DNA of 64,000 nucleotides from an uncultured delta proteobacterium (GCA_963745025.1 CAVUWD010000002.1:64001-128000), one strand, 5' to 3'; positions 1 to 9,186 are shown, counted from the stretch's first letter. Notes: generated by a model from the sequence alone, not told the origin. Numbers and translations: made by a program.

Positions 1-2
1 AG

Positions 3-1679
3 GACGGCTCGGTGTGGGTGGTCTTCAACGGCGAGGTCTACAACTTCACGGAGCTCCGCGGAGAGCTCGAAGCGCACGGCCACGCGTTCCGCAGCCGCAG
101 CGACACCGAGGTCATCGTTCACGGCTACGAGCAATGGGGCGACCGCTTGCCCGAGCGCCTCGACGGCATGTTCGCGCTGGCGGTCTGGGACGAGCGGCGG
201 CAGCGCCTATTCCTCGCCCGCGACCGAGCCGGTAAGAAGCCACTCTACATCTATCGCGACGACGAGCGGCTGCTGTTCGCTTCGGAGATCAAGGCGATCC
301 TCAAGCATCCGGCGGCGGACGGCGCGATTGACCCGAGCGCGTTGCCGCTCTACCTGACCTACGGCTACGTGCCGGCGCCGCTCACCTTCTACCGGCGCAT
401 CCGCAAGCTGTCGCCGGCGAGCTGCCTCGTGCTCGAGACAGACCGCGGCGCCCGCGAGTGGTCGTACTGGGATCTTGACTTCACGCCTCGGCCGATTCGC
501 GCCGAAGAGGCGGAGGAAGAACTGCGCACACGCATGCGGGCCGCGGTGCGCCGGCGCATGATCGCTGATGTCCCGCTCGGCGCGTTTCTATCCGGCGGCG
601 TCGACTCGACGATCGTCGTCGGCCTGATGAGCGAGGCCGCGAGCACTCCCGCGCGCACCTTCAGCATCGGCTACTCGGACGATCCCGCCTACGACGAGAC
701 GTCGTACGCGCGGCTCGCGGCGGGCCGCTTCGGCGCGCAGCACACCGAGTTCATGGTCGGTCCGCAGTCGATCGACCTCGTCGACCGGCTCGTCGACGCC
801 TACGACGAGCCCTTCGGCGACTCCTCCGCGATCCCGACGTACGTCGTATCGGAGCTGGCGCGGCGCGAGGTCACCGTGGCGCTCGTCGGCGACGGCGGGG
901 ACGAGCTGTTCGCGGGCTATCTCCGCTTCTACGCGGCGGTGCTCTCGGAGCGCGTGCCGGCGGCTCTGTTCGGGCTTGCCGCGTCGCTGGCCCGGCGGCT
1001 GCCGCACCACGTCAATCCGCGCAGCGCCTCACGCCGCTTCGCACGTTTCGTCGAGGCCGCGTCGCTGCCTCTCGAGGAGCGGATGCTCCGCTGGATCGGC
1101 TTCTTCGCGGGCGAGGTCGGCTCGCTACTGCGCCCGGAGCTGACGGCCGAGATCGATGATCGTAAGCTCGCGGACAGCTTCCGCGAGCCGCTCGAGCGGA
1201 CGCGCGAGCTGTCGCCGCTGGCGCGTGTCCTCGATCTCAACTTTCGCACCTACCTGCTCGACGACCTACTCCCCAAAGCCGACCGCTGCAGCATGGCGCA
1301 CGGCCTCGAGCTGCGCTCGCCATTCCTCGATACGGCGGTGATGGAGCTGGCGGCGAGCTTGCCGGATCGGTTGAAGCTCCGCACTGGTACGACGAAGGTC
1401 ATCCTGCGGCGCGCCTTTCATGATCTTCTTCCCGACGAGATCCAGAAGCGTGGCAAGATGGGCTTCGGCATTCCGTTGCCGACCTGGTTCCGCAAGGAAT
1501 GGCGCCCGCTCGTCGAGGAGCGCCTGCTCGATCCCGGCGCGCGCATCTACGAGTGGCTCCGCCCCGAGCCCGTCCGCTCGATGGCCGAGCAACACTTCGC
1601 GGCGACCGCGGACTACGGGCATCAGCTCTGGGCGCTGCTCACGCTCGAGACTTGGCTCGAGCACAACCGGTGCTCGTGA
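3..1679 (+). CDS. asnB: Asparagine synthase (glutamine-hydrolysing) family amidotransferase, polysaccharide-cluster type; 5' end lies outside the window
   Basis: GATase motifs VFNGEVYN, SDTEV, LDGMFA, RDRAGKKPL; synthase motifs FLSGGVDS, GDGGDELFAGY, DRCSMAHGLELRSPFLD, KMGF. Confidence 0.93.
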   Translation, partial: DGSVWVVFNGEVYNFTELRGELEAHGHAFRSRSDTEVIVHGYEQWGDRLPERLDGMFALAVWDERRQRLFLARDRAGKKPLYIYRDDERLLFASEIKAILKHPAADGAIDPSALPLYLTYGYVPAPLTFYRRIRKLSPASCLVLETDRGAREWSYWDLDFTPRPIRAEEAEEELRTRMRAAVRRRMIADVPLGAFLSGGVDSTIVVGLMSEAASTPARTFSIGYSDDPAYDETSYARLAAGRFGAQHTEFMVGPQSIDLVDRLVDAYDEPFGDSSAIPTYVVSELARREVTVALVGDGGDELFAGYLRFYAAVLSERVPAALFGLAASLARRLPHHVNPRSASRRFARFVEAASLPLEERMLRWIGFFAGEVGSLLRPELTAEIDDRKLADSFREPLERTRELSPLARVLDLNFRTYLLDDLLPKADRCSMAHGLELRSPFLDTAVMELAASLPDRLKLRTGTTKVILRRAFHDLLPDEIQKRGKMGFGIPLPTWFRKEWRPLVEERLLDPGARIYEWLRPEPVRSMAEQHFAATADYGHQLWALLTLETWLEHNRCS

Positions 1680-2833
1680 TCTCGCTCAGGGCAGCCGTCG
1701 TCGAAAGCGCGATCCGATCGATCGGAGATCCGGGTTCGGCCAGAAGGCTCTCGGTTTGCGCCTTGGTGCCGTATCCTCAAGGCATCACGCCGAGCCAGCG
1801 CTACCGCATCGAGCAGTGGCAGCCGATCCTCGCGAGCGACGGGATCGACGTCGAGCTCTGGCCGTTTCTGGAGGAGAAAGACCTCGAGCTGCTCTACAGC
1901 CCGCGGCGCTGGCCTGAAAAAGCTCGCATGGTCACGCGCGCGACAGCGCGCCGTCTCGCAGCGGTGAGCCAGGTCGGGCGATTCGACGTCGTGCTGCTCC
2001 ATCGGGCTGCTTGCCTTGCGGGGCCGGCCTTGATCGAACGGCTGATTGCTCGCAAGAAACCGATGGTGTTCGACTTCGACGACGCCATTTACTTGCTCGA
2101 CACGACCGTGGCGAACCGGATCTTCGGATGGCTCAAGTTTCCGGGCAAGACCGCTTCGCTCTGCCGGATGAGCCGACACGTCGTGACCGGTAACGAGCAC
2201 CTCGCGAGCTATGCGCGGCGGTACAACGGGAACGTCACCGTCGTGCCGAGCAGCATCGATACCGATCTCTATGCGCCGAAGCGGCCCGCTCGCGCGGTGG
2301 GCAGGGTCGTCATCGGCTGGACGGGCAGCGCGACATCGCAGGCCCACCTCGAAGCTTTCACGCCCGTGCTGCGGCGGATCGTCGAGCGGCATCGCGTCGA
2401 AGTCCGCGTCGTGTCTGCGCACCGGCCTGCGCTCGACGGCGTGCCGGTCACCTGGAAGCGCTGGTCGGCCGCCCGAGAGGTCGAAGACCTCGCGGAATTC
2501 GACATCGGTATCGTGCCGCTCCCCGATGACGAGTGGACGCGGGGCAAGTCTGCGTTCAAGGCGCTTCAGTGCATGGGAATGGGCATTCCCGTGGTGTGCT
2601 CGGCGGCGGGCGCCAGCGTGGAGCTGATCCGACATGGTGAAAACGGCCTGCTGGCTTCGACGGCGCGAGACTGGGAAGAGAGCATCGGGCTCCTTATTGC
2701 GGAGCGATCGTTGCGAGAGCGGCTAGGCGCAGCGGGCAGGCGCACGATCGAGGAAGGGTTCTCGATGAAGCGATCGGCCCGCTCGCTGGCGGAGGTTCTG
2801 CGAGCCGCCGCCGGAAACGGCGGATCGATATGA
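1676..2833 (+). CDS. Glycosyltransferase family 4
   Basis: PSQRYRIEQW, FDFDDAIY, IGWTGS, DIGIVPL..RGKSAFKALQCM, ENGLLA; GTG start overlaps the asnB stop (GTGA). Confidence 0.88.
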   Translation: MISLRAAVVESAIRSIGDPGSARRLSVCALVPYPQGITPSQRYRIEQWQPILASDGIDVELWPFLEEKDLELLYSPRRWPEKARMVTRATARRLAAVSQVGRFDVVLLHRAACLAGPALIERLIARKKPMVFDFDDAIYLLDTTVANRIFGWLKFPGKTASLCRMSRHVVTGNEHLASYARRYNGNVTVVPSSIDTDLYAPKRPARAVGRVVIGWTGSATSQAHLEAFTPVLRRIVERHRVEVRVVSAHRPALDGVPVTWKRWSAAREVEDLAEFDIGIVPLPDDEWTRGKSAFKALQCMGMGIPVVCSAAGASVELIRHGENGLLASTARDWEESIGLLIAERSLRERLGAAGRRTIEEGFSMKRSARSLAEVLRAAAGNGGSI

Positions 2834-4194
2834 ATCATCTGCTCGATACTCTGCCGGAGATCCTGAATGAAACGGGATTCGTTCAGTCCCTCGTCGTGCT
2901 CATGATCCTCGGTTTGACGTTCGCGAAGGTTATCGCGCTAACAGCTAAGGATGAGGCAACCAAGAGGTTCGAGCTGTCACTCTTTGTGGCCGCACTCTTG
3001 ACCCGCTTCGTGGCCTCGCTCCTCATCTACGAGTTCGGGCTGTTGGATGTCATCAAGGAAGAGGACTCCTGGGGCTGGATGGGTGGCGTCGTCCTCCACG
3101 GTGATTGGGTTCGCCGCGACCTCAGCATCTTCGAGGTGGCTTACGAGTGCAACGCGCCGTTCCTTCATCCCTTCGGTAACTACGGCTACGAGTACCTGAT
3201 CGGGGTCGTCTTCTATCTCACTAACCTACCTGCACGGCTGCCCGCCGCGGTGGTGAGCAACGTCTGCGGCGCCGCCACCGCCGTGGTGGTGTATCGGGCC
3301 GGCGCACTGCTGTTTTCCGAGTGGGTCGCCAGGCGGGCGGCCTGGTGGACGTGCGTGATGCCGTCGCTCGTCGTCTGGGCCGCGCAGACCATCAAGGAGC
3401 CGATCGTCATCCTTCTCGAGGCTCTGGCTCTGTACATTTGCCTCCAGCTCAAGCGCAGCGGCTTCTCGATCGCCCGAGTGTTCCTCTGCGGAGCCATCGT
3501 CATCCTGCTCGTCGCCTTTCGCTTCTACGCCGCGTACATGACCGCCGGCGTGGTGGTCTTGTCCCTAGTCGTCGGAAGGACGGGGAGGACGGGTGAGACG
3601 GGAGCATCGGCATTCGTGATCGCCGCGATCGTCGTAGGCGTCATGCTGGGTTCGGGAATGGCCGCTCAGCACATGCCCGCGGTCGAGCAGTACAACCTGA
3701 AGACTCTTCAGGAGACCCGCGACTACACCGCGCGAACGGCGGGCTCGGGCGTGATCATCGACTACGACATGCAGACGCCACAGGGCTTCGGCATGTCGGT
3801 TCTCGTGGGTGGCGCGAATCTGTTGCTCGCGCCGTTCCCCTGGCAGCTCGGCGGCGCGAGCCTGAGGCTGTTGCTGACGCTGCCCGAGGTCGTCGTCTGG
3901 TGGTGGCTCGTCGTGTGTGGGCTCCTTCCGGGTATGGCGTGGTGTGTGCGGAAACGGGCCCTCGACGTGATGCCTCTGCTTCTTTTCCTGCTGGCGATGG
4001 GCACGCTCTACAGTCTCATCTTCAGCAACATCGGCCTCGGCTATCGCTATCGCGCCACACTGATGCCGTGGCTCTTGATCTTCGCGATGGTCGGGCTCGA
4101 GCGACGCAGGTTCCGACGCCTGGCCGTGGGCGAAGGCATTTCCTTCGCGCAACCCCGCGCCCCGCGGCAGCTGGTCGGCCACTTCGCCCCTTGA
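2830..4194 (+). CDS. Multi-pass membrane protein, polysaccharide polymerase (Wzy)/GT-C-like
   Basis: Many hydrophobic helices; QTIKE, LLAPFPW and NIGLGYRYR motifs; ATGA coupling to the GT4 gene. Confidence 0.7.
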   Translation: MNHLLDTLPEILNETGFVQSLVVLMILGLTFAKVIALTAKDEATKRFELSLFVAALLTRFVASLLIYEFGLLDVIKEEDSWGWMGGVVLHGDWVRRDLSIFEVAYECNAPFLHPFGNYGYEYLIGVVFYLTNLPARLPAAVVSNVCGAATAVVVYRAGALLFSEWVARRAAWWTCVMPSLVVWAAQTIKEPIVILLEALALYICLQLKRSGFSIARVFLCGAIVILLVAFRFYAAYMTAGVVVLSLVVGRTGRTGETGASAFVIAAIVVGVMLGSGMAAQHMPAVEQYNLKTLQETRDYTARTAGSGVIIDYDMQTPQGFGMSVLVGGANLLLAPFPWQLGGASLRLLLTLPEVVVWWWLVVCGLLPGMAWCVRKRALDVMPLLLFLLAMGTLYSLIFSNIGLGYRYRATLMPWLLIFAMVGLERRRFRRLAVGEGISFAQPRAPRQLVGHFAP

Positions 4195-4265
4195 AAGTTC
4201 TTCGCATCATCGACCGCCTGAACGTCGGCGGCCCGGCCCAGCACGTCGCGTGGCTTGAGGCGGGT
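4191..4265 (+). pseudogene. Truncated N-terminus of a GT4 glycosyltransferase
   Basis: TTG overlapping the upstream stop gives MKVLRIIDRLNVGGPAQHVAWLEAG, nearly identical to RIIDRLNIGGPAKHVTWLTAG of the GT4 at 41786; similarity stops abruptly. Confidence 0.75.
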
Positions 4266-4390
4266 TGCTTGTGGTTAAGCAAGTCGAGGCAGATAGGCGC
4301 CTTGGTCGAGCAGAGTGTGGCGACCTTCGCCCACGCGTAGAGGCCTGAGTCGTGTCACGATTGCCGAAGCTCAGATGGGAGTCCGGTTGA

Positions 4391-5290
4391 ATGGAGAAGA
4401 TCGACCGCCTCGGGTGGGCGGCAGGATTCTCCTTGGTTTCCTATGGAGTCCGGGTAGGGATCCGGACCAACAGGCCGGAGATGTTGGGGCGGCTCCGGGA
4501 GCTTCTACCGCCTGGCTGGAAGCCTACGGCTTCACCAGTTGTCGAACGACTGTATTCGCTCCTGGTCGGCAAAGGCGCGCCGCGACCCGGTTTGCGCCGC
4601 TTCCACCTGCTTTATGGGGATTCCGACGTCGTAGGTCGGGCGTCGAATCTGGACTCGATCTGTGAAACTCTCGAGTCGAACCTGCAACTCCATGTCGCGG
4701 AAAACGCGCGCCGCCGAACCTTCATCCACGCAGGCGTGGTGGGATGGCGAGGGTGCGCCGTCGTGATCCCGGGGCGAAGCTTCACGGGCAAGACCACGCT
4801 GGTCCGGGAGCTCGTCCGCGCGGGCGCAACTTTCTACTCGGACGAGTACGCGGTTCTGGATGCACGTGGCCTCGTGCATCCGTTCCCGAAGCCTCTCGGC
4901 ATCCGCAACGAGGGCGCGACGAAGCAGACGAAACAGTGGGCGGAGGCGCTCGGCGGCCGTACTGGAGTCGAGCCTCTACCGGTGGGATTGATTCTGCTGA
5001 CTCACTACAAAGCCGGCGCGACGTGGCGAGCTCGCCGATTGTCCGCCGGGGAGGGCGCATTGGCGCTGCTCGCGAATGCGGTGCCCGCCCGCCGGCAGCC
5101 CGGCCGCACTCTGGCGGCACTCCGGGCGGTAGTGCTGGGAGCGCAAGTGCTGAAAGGCCCTCGCGGCGATGCTGCTGAGGTCGTAGAAACATTGCTCGAT
5201 CGAGTGCGGACCTGGCATGGCGCGATAGTAACCCCGAAGGGCCAGCGCCAGATCGAGTTGGAGAACTCGCAGATGGAGTATCGATCATGA
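4391..5290 (+). CDS. HPr kinase-related P-loop kinase
   Basis: HAGVVG, Walker A GRSFTGKTT, YSDE acidic motif, HPFPKPL. Confidence 0.8.
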   Translation: MEKIDRLGWAAGFSLVSYGVRVGIRTNRPEMLGRLRELLPPGWKPTASPVVERLYSLLVGKGAPRPGLRRFHLLYGDSDVVGRASNLDSICETLESNLQLHVAENARRRTFIHAGVVGWRGCAVVIPGRSFTGKTTLVRELVRAGATFYSDEYAVLDARGLVHPFPKPLGIRNEGATKQTKQWAEALGGRTGVEPLPVGLILLTHYKAGATWRARRLSAGEGALALLANAVPARRQPGRTLAALRAVVLGAQVLKGPRGDAAEVVETLLDRVRTWHGAIVTPKGQRQIELENSQMEYRS

Positions 5291-5784
5291 CCGACACAAG
5301 ACGACCATTGCCTGAGGCGCGTAGAGAAGACATCGTTGTCCAGGAGTTGCCGGATGAGACGCTTGTTTACGACCTGAAGCGCCATAAGGCGCTTTGCCTG
5401 AATCGTGCAGCCGGCCTCGTCTGGAAGCACTGCGACGGACGGACGAGTGTCGCCGAAATGGCCGTGCTCCTCGAACGGGAGCTGCAGACACCCGTGAAGC
5501 ATGAGGTGGTGTGGTTCGCGCTGGAGCGACTGGAGAAGGCTCGCCTGCTCGAAGAGAAGCTGGACCTGCGGTCTGGCGTGAAACGACTGTCGCGACGGGA
5601 GTTGGTTCAAATGGGGCTCGCCGCCGCTATTGCCGTGCCTGCCATCTTGTCGGTGGTTGCTCCGAGGGCAGCTCAAGCGGCTACCTGCCTTGCATTAGGT
5701 TCACCTTGCACCAAGAACAATCAGTGTTGCTCCAATCACTGCCGCTTTCCAACCCCGGGCCAGAGCGATGTCTGTGTGCCGTGA
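5287..5784 (+). CDS. PqqD/RRE-domain protein fused to a twin-arginine-like signal and a Cys-rich C-terminal peptide
   Basis: VQELPDETLVYDL..ALCLNRAAGLVWKHCDG (PqqD); SRRELV + hydrophobic stretch + AQA; tail TCLALGSPCTKNNQCCSNHCRFPTPGQSDVCVP. Confidence 0.85.
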   Translation: MTDTRRPLPEARREDIVVQELPDETLVYDLKRHKALCLNRAAGLVWKHCDGRTSVAEMAVLLERELQTPVKHEVVWFALERLEKARLLEEKLDLRSGVKRLSRRELVQMGLAAAIAVPAILSVVAPRAAQAATCLALGSPCTKNNQCCSNHCRFPTPGQSDVCVP

Positions 5785-5941
5785 ATGCTAGCAAGATCAT
5801 CATCCTCTCTCGTGCGAGCCTTTTCTCCCGCGCCACCCGCTGACGCCTGCGCCGACTCGTACCCCGAGCGGCATCGCCGGAGGCGCAATAATGGGCCTCG
5901 CAGTAATCTCGACGACGGTCTCGGTTGGTTGTGGTAGGTGA

Positions 5942-7006
5942 ATGTTCGTTGTGGCGATGAAACGAGGTAGGCGAATAGCTAGGATATTGGAGCATTGGTT
6001 GAGCCGGTCGACTTCGGGGATCGACAGGTGCACTGGGGAACTCCGCGAGATCGCACCGCTCCTTTTCCAAACCGGAACGGCGGCTTTGGCGTGGAGAGCC
6101 CTATGCCATCTCGATTCCGGGTCGTTTCCATTCGCGCGCGAGCTTCGGCAAGCGTACCGGCTGCAGGTCCTTCAGGCGGCTCTAAATGAGCGCGACATCA
6201 GCCAGCTCGGTATCTTTCTCAAGACATCCGGACTAACGGCCCTATTGGGAAAAGGATGGGCAGTAGCACGGCTGTACCCGGAGCCTGCACTTCGCCCTTA
6301 CGGGGATTTCGACTTGTACATGCGCCCACAGGACTACGCTGCCGCAGCAGCAGCGTTCGCGGGATCCGACGCTCCGCGATGCCCGGTGGACTTGCACTGT
6401 GGGTCGCTCGAGCTCGACGATCGCGGGTTCGACGAGGTGTATACCCGCTCGCAGGTGGTCAAATGCGGCGAAATGGAGGTGCGGATCTTCGGGCCGGAGG
6501 ACCACCTCCGCTTGCTGTGCGTGCACATGCTTCATCACGGTGCATGGCGGCCGCTCTGGCTTTGCGATATCGCGGTGGCGCTGGAGTCGCGCCCGGCAGA
6601 CTTCGACTGGGCCTATTTTTTGAGCGGCGATCCACGCCGTTCGGACTGGGTCGCTTGCGCCATCGGATTGGCGCATCAGTTGCTCGGCGCGCGCGTAGAA
6701 GGGACGCCGGTCGAACAGCGGTCGACGTGTCTACCGCGCTGGCTCGTGGCCGCGATTCTCAGGCAATGGGGCAGGAGGCGCTTACCTGACGGAATGCTCG
6801 CTCCGATGGAGCATCATCTGCGCAATCCTCGCGGGGTGCTCGAGGCTCTCCGCCTACGTTGGCCGAACCCGATTGAGGCGACCGTCAGAAGGGGTGGCCG
6901 ATTCAATGAGGTCCCCAGGCTACCGTTTCAGATTCGCGAGTGTCTGATGCGCACGATGCGCTTCGCTACACGACTACCAGGCTTGCTGCGCGAACCGGTC
7001 ATTTGA
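5942..7006 (+). CDS. Nucleotidyltransferase family protein (NTP_transf_5-like)
   Basis: LLGKGWAVARLYP..RPYGDFDL (KG...RxxxDxD), VDLH, CVHMLHHG..LWLCDI; start uncertain. Confidence 0.82.
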   Translation: MFVVAMKRGRRIARILEHWLSRSTSGIDRCTGELREIAPLLFQTGTAALAWRALCHLDSGSFPFARELRQAYRLQVLQAALNERDISQLGIFLKTSGLTALLGKGWAVARLYPEPALRPYGDFDLYMRPQDYAAAAAAFAGSDAPRCPVDLHCGSLELDDRGFDEVYTRSQVVKCGEMEVRIFGPEDHLRLLCVHMLHHGAWRPLWLCDIAVALESRPADFDWAYFLSGDPRRSDWVACAIGLAHQLLGARVEGTPVEQRSTCLPRWLVAAILRQWGRRRLPDGMLAPMEHHLRNPRGVLEALRLRWPNPIEATVRRGGRFNEVPRLPFQIRECLMRTMRFATRLPGLLREPVI

Positions 7007-7034
7007 CGCTAGCAGGCAGACGCGTATCCTCTTT

Positions 7035-7170
7035 TGCATGTTTCGGCCGATCGTGAACACGGGGATCGGAGCGACGCGATCACCGGGATCGGTCGATGGT
7101 GAACACGAAGCTCGGCCTCGTGATCAGCCGGATCGGAGTCGTGATCACGCGGATCGGTCCGATGAACACG
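7035..7170. mobile_element. Orphan IS21-family-like terminal region with tandem binding repeats
   Basis: Begins TG, then about six degenerate copies of (GATC)GTGA(A/T)CACG..GATCGG spaced about 20-25 bp apart. Confidence 0.6.
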
Positions 7171-7519
7171 AGCCACGACGCTCTTCGATCTCAGCCAAGC
7201 ATCTCGTCGTCATTTCTCGCCGGCAGTAGCCGCGAGGGCCCTCGTGCCTTCGGCTGCTGCCGGGCCTCCCCTCTTTTTCTTGGCTCGAGTTCGCCCTGGC
7301 GAAGGCACTCATGCTCGCGATCGCGATGCTGCTGCCGGCGCGCGAGATCCTCCGCAGCGGCGCCCCAGGCCCAAGAGGAGGCAGGGGCTACTACATCGCA
7401 GGAGCGGCGGTCGTTACTTCTTGCGGCCCTGCGACAGCATCATGTCGAGGAGCTTGTTCAGCGCCGCCTCGGTGAGCTTCTCCGGCTCCGGCGGCAGCAT
7501 CGCGGTCGTCAGGCACTGG

Positions 7520-8032
7520 CGTCCGAGCGCATCGCCCGTGTCGGGGAGCTGCGCAGCACGGAGTCGGCGCCGATCGTGAAGGACATCCGCGACTGGCTGC
7601 TTACCCGCAGGGCGCTTCCCCGCTCCTCGCTCGGCCGAGCGATCGGCTACACGCTCGAGCTCTGGCCGGGGCTGACGAGATTTCTCGTCGATCCGGCGAT
7701 CCCGAGCGACAACAATCACACCGAGCGCGCAATGCGCGGCGTCGCCGTGGGCCGCAAGAACCACTACGGGTCCCGATCCCAGCGGGGAACCGAGGTCGCC
7801 GCGCTCTTCTACAGCCTCATCGAGTCGGCCAAGCTCGTCGAAGGAGTCGAGCCCGCTCAATATCTCCGTCAGGCCGCGCGACGCGCGATCGACAATCCCG
7901 GTACGGTTACCCTGCCCGCCGATCTCCTCGCGCCGTAGGCTTCGCTGTTCGCCTCCCGCCACCCCATCTCATCCGCGCCGATCCTCGGCCATCCCCTTAC
8001 GCTGTGCTACACGGGGCGCGGCGAGCACTTAC
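7520..8032 (+). mobile_element. tnpC: IS66 remnant: transposase C-terminal fragment plus right end
   Basis: SLGRAIGYTL..W..LTRFL.D..IP.DNNHTERAMRGVAVGRKN...LFYSLIESAKL ending at 7938; right end ...GCGAGCACTTAC at 8032. Confidence 0.85.
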
Positions 8033-8057
8033 GCTCAACCGCAGGCCGTTGACAGCC

Positions 8058-8468
8058 TCAACGTGACCTCGTCTTTACGACATGAGCTCGCAGCCATGCG
8101 GCGAGTTCTCGTTCACTGACGCGGTGCGCCGCCACACCGAGCATGACCTGAACGACGTCGGGTTCTGGCGCTTCCAGCCGCCAGCCGTTCAGCTCGAGGA
8201 AGATCGCCATCGCAAGAAAGGCAACTCGCTTGTTCCCGTCGCGGTAGGGGTGGCTCGTTGCCAGTCCCCATCCGTAGGTCGCTGCCAGCCTCGGAAGGTC
8301 GCACTTCGGCTCGTAGTGCCAGCGCTGCTTGGCACGCGCGACGGCGGATTCGAGCGCGTTCTCGTCCCGAATCCCGGGCAGGCCGCCGTGCTCCCGCAGT
8401 TGGTCGAGATGAACCGCGTCGAGAACGACGCGCTCTACCCACGCGGGTTCCCAACGGCGGCGGGGCAT
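8058..8468 (-). CDS. doc: Death-on-curing (Fic/Doc) toxin
   Basis: HGGLPGIRDENALESA; Fic motif HPYRDGNKR. Confidence 0.92.
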   Translation of the reverse strand: MPRRRWEPAWVERVVLDAVHLDQLREHGGLPGIRDENALESAVARAKQRWHYEPKCDLPRLAATYGWGLATSHPYRDGNKRVAFLAMAIFLELNGWRLEAPEPDVVQVMLGVAAHRVSERELAAWLRAHVVKTRSR

Positions 8469-8471
8469 GAG

Positions 8472-8699
8472 TTACTTCGCCAGCTCGCGCAGGGCGTTTC
8501 GGTACTTCTTGGCGACCCGTCGTGCAATCGCCAGGGCTCGCTCAACCTCGGGATCGTAGGGCGTAATCAGGATTCCCTGCTCGCTTTCCACGGCCAGCAC
8601 GCGATCTCCGGGCTCCAGGTGTAGCCGGTCAACCATGTCCTTCGGCAGGGTCGCACCGATAGACCCCCCCGCCCGTCGCAGAGTAAGCTGCTTCACCAT
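8472..8699 (-). CDS. AbrB/MazE-family antitoxin
   Basis: LTLRRAGGSIGATLPKDM..LEPGD; C-terminal KYRNALRELAK; immediately upstream of doc. Confidence 0.9.
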   Translation of the reverse strand: MVKQLTLRRAGGSIGATLPKDMVDRLHLEPGDRVLAVESEQGILITPYDPEVERALAIARRVAKKYRNALRELAK

Positions 8700-8782
8700 G
8701 CTTTCTAGTAGCACTTCCGTACTACACGGACAACGGCTGGCTAACAGTAAGTAGATAGCCCAACGATGGAGGTTTGTCTGGA

Positions 8783-8819
8783 GCCCCAGGAGGCATGGCC
8801 TCTGGGGCGTTTTTGTTTT
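8783..8819 (+). terminator. Intrinsic terminator-like hairpin
   Basis: GCCCCAGGAGGC-ATG-GCCTCTGGGGC followed by GTTTTTGTTTT. Confidence 0.55.
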
Positions 8820-9186
8820 CGACCAACCGCCGGCAAAGGCGGGCGACCAGGGGGGCAGTCCATGTCCGAACCATTGTGGAAGAAACTGGGCGAGGTCGGT
8901 CGGACCAGAGCATCGCTGCAAAAGGTGTGGAGTAATAGGCGAGTGATCTATGAGGAGAATTTCAGCTCTCCACACCCCTAGACCAGCAGCTTCCTGAAAA
9001 ACTCGGTATCCCCGGGTCGATAAGACATCGGAACTGCGCCGCTTGTACGAGTGCGACAAATGCTTGTTCAGGGCTCAGTCCGTTGCACCAGTTGCGCCGA
9101 CCACGAGCGGTCGCAATACCTGCTCGTGGAGAGCTACTCATGCTAGGGGCGAGGATCAGCAGGCGCAGACTTCCTGTCGCGTTTCT

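Noticed and set aside
3-7006. Lasso peptide cluster (asnB-like cyclase + PqqD + kinase + nucleotidyltransferase)
   Set aside because: The asnB keeps glutaminase-domain motifs and is coupled to glycosyltransferases; no transglutaminase-like leader peptidase or lasso-type precursor is visible
7035-7170. CRISPR array
   Set aside because: Repeats are degenerate and nearly adjacent with no unique spacers; they fit an IS21-type end, and there are no cas genes
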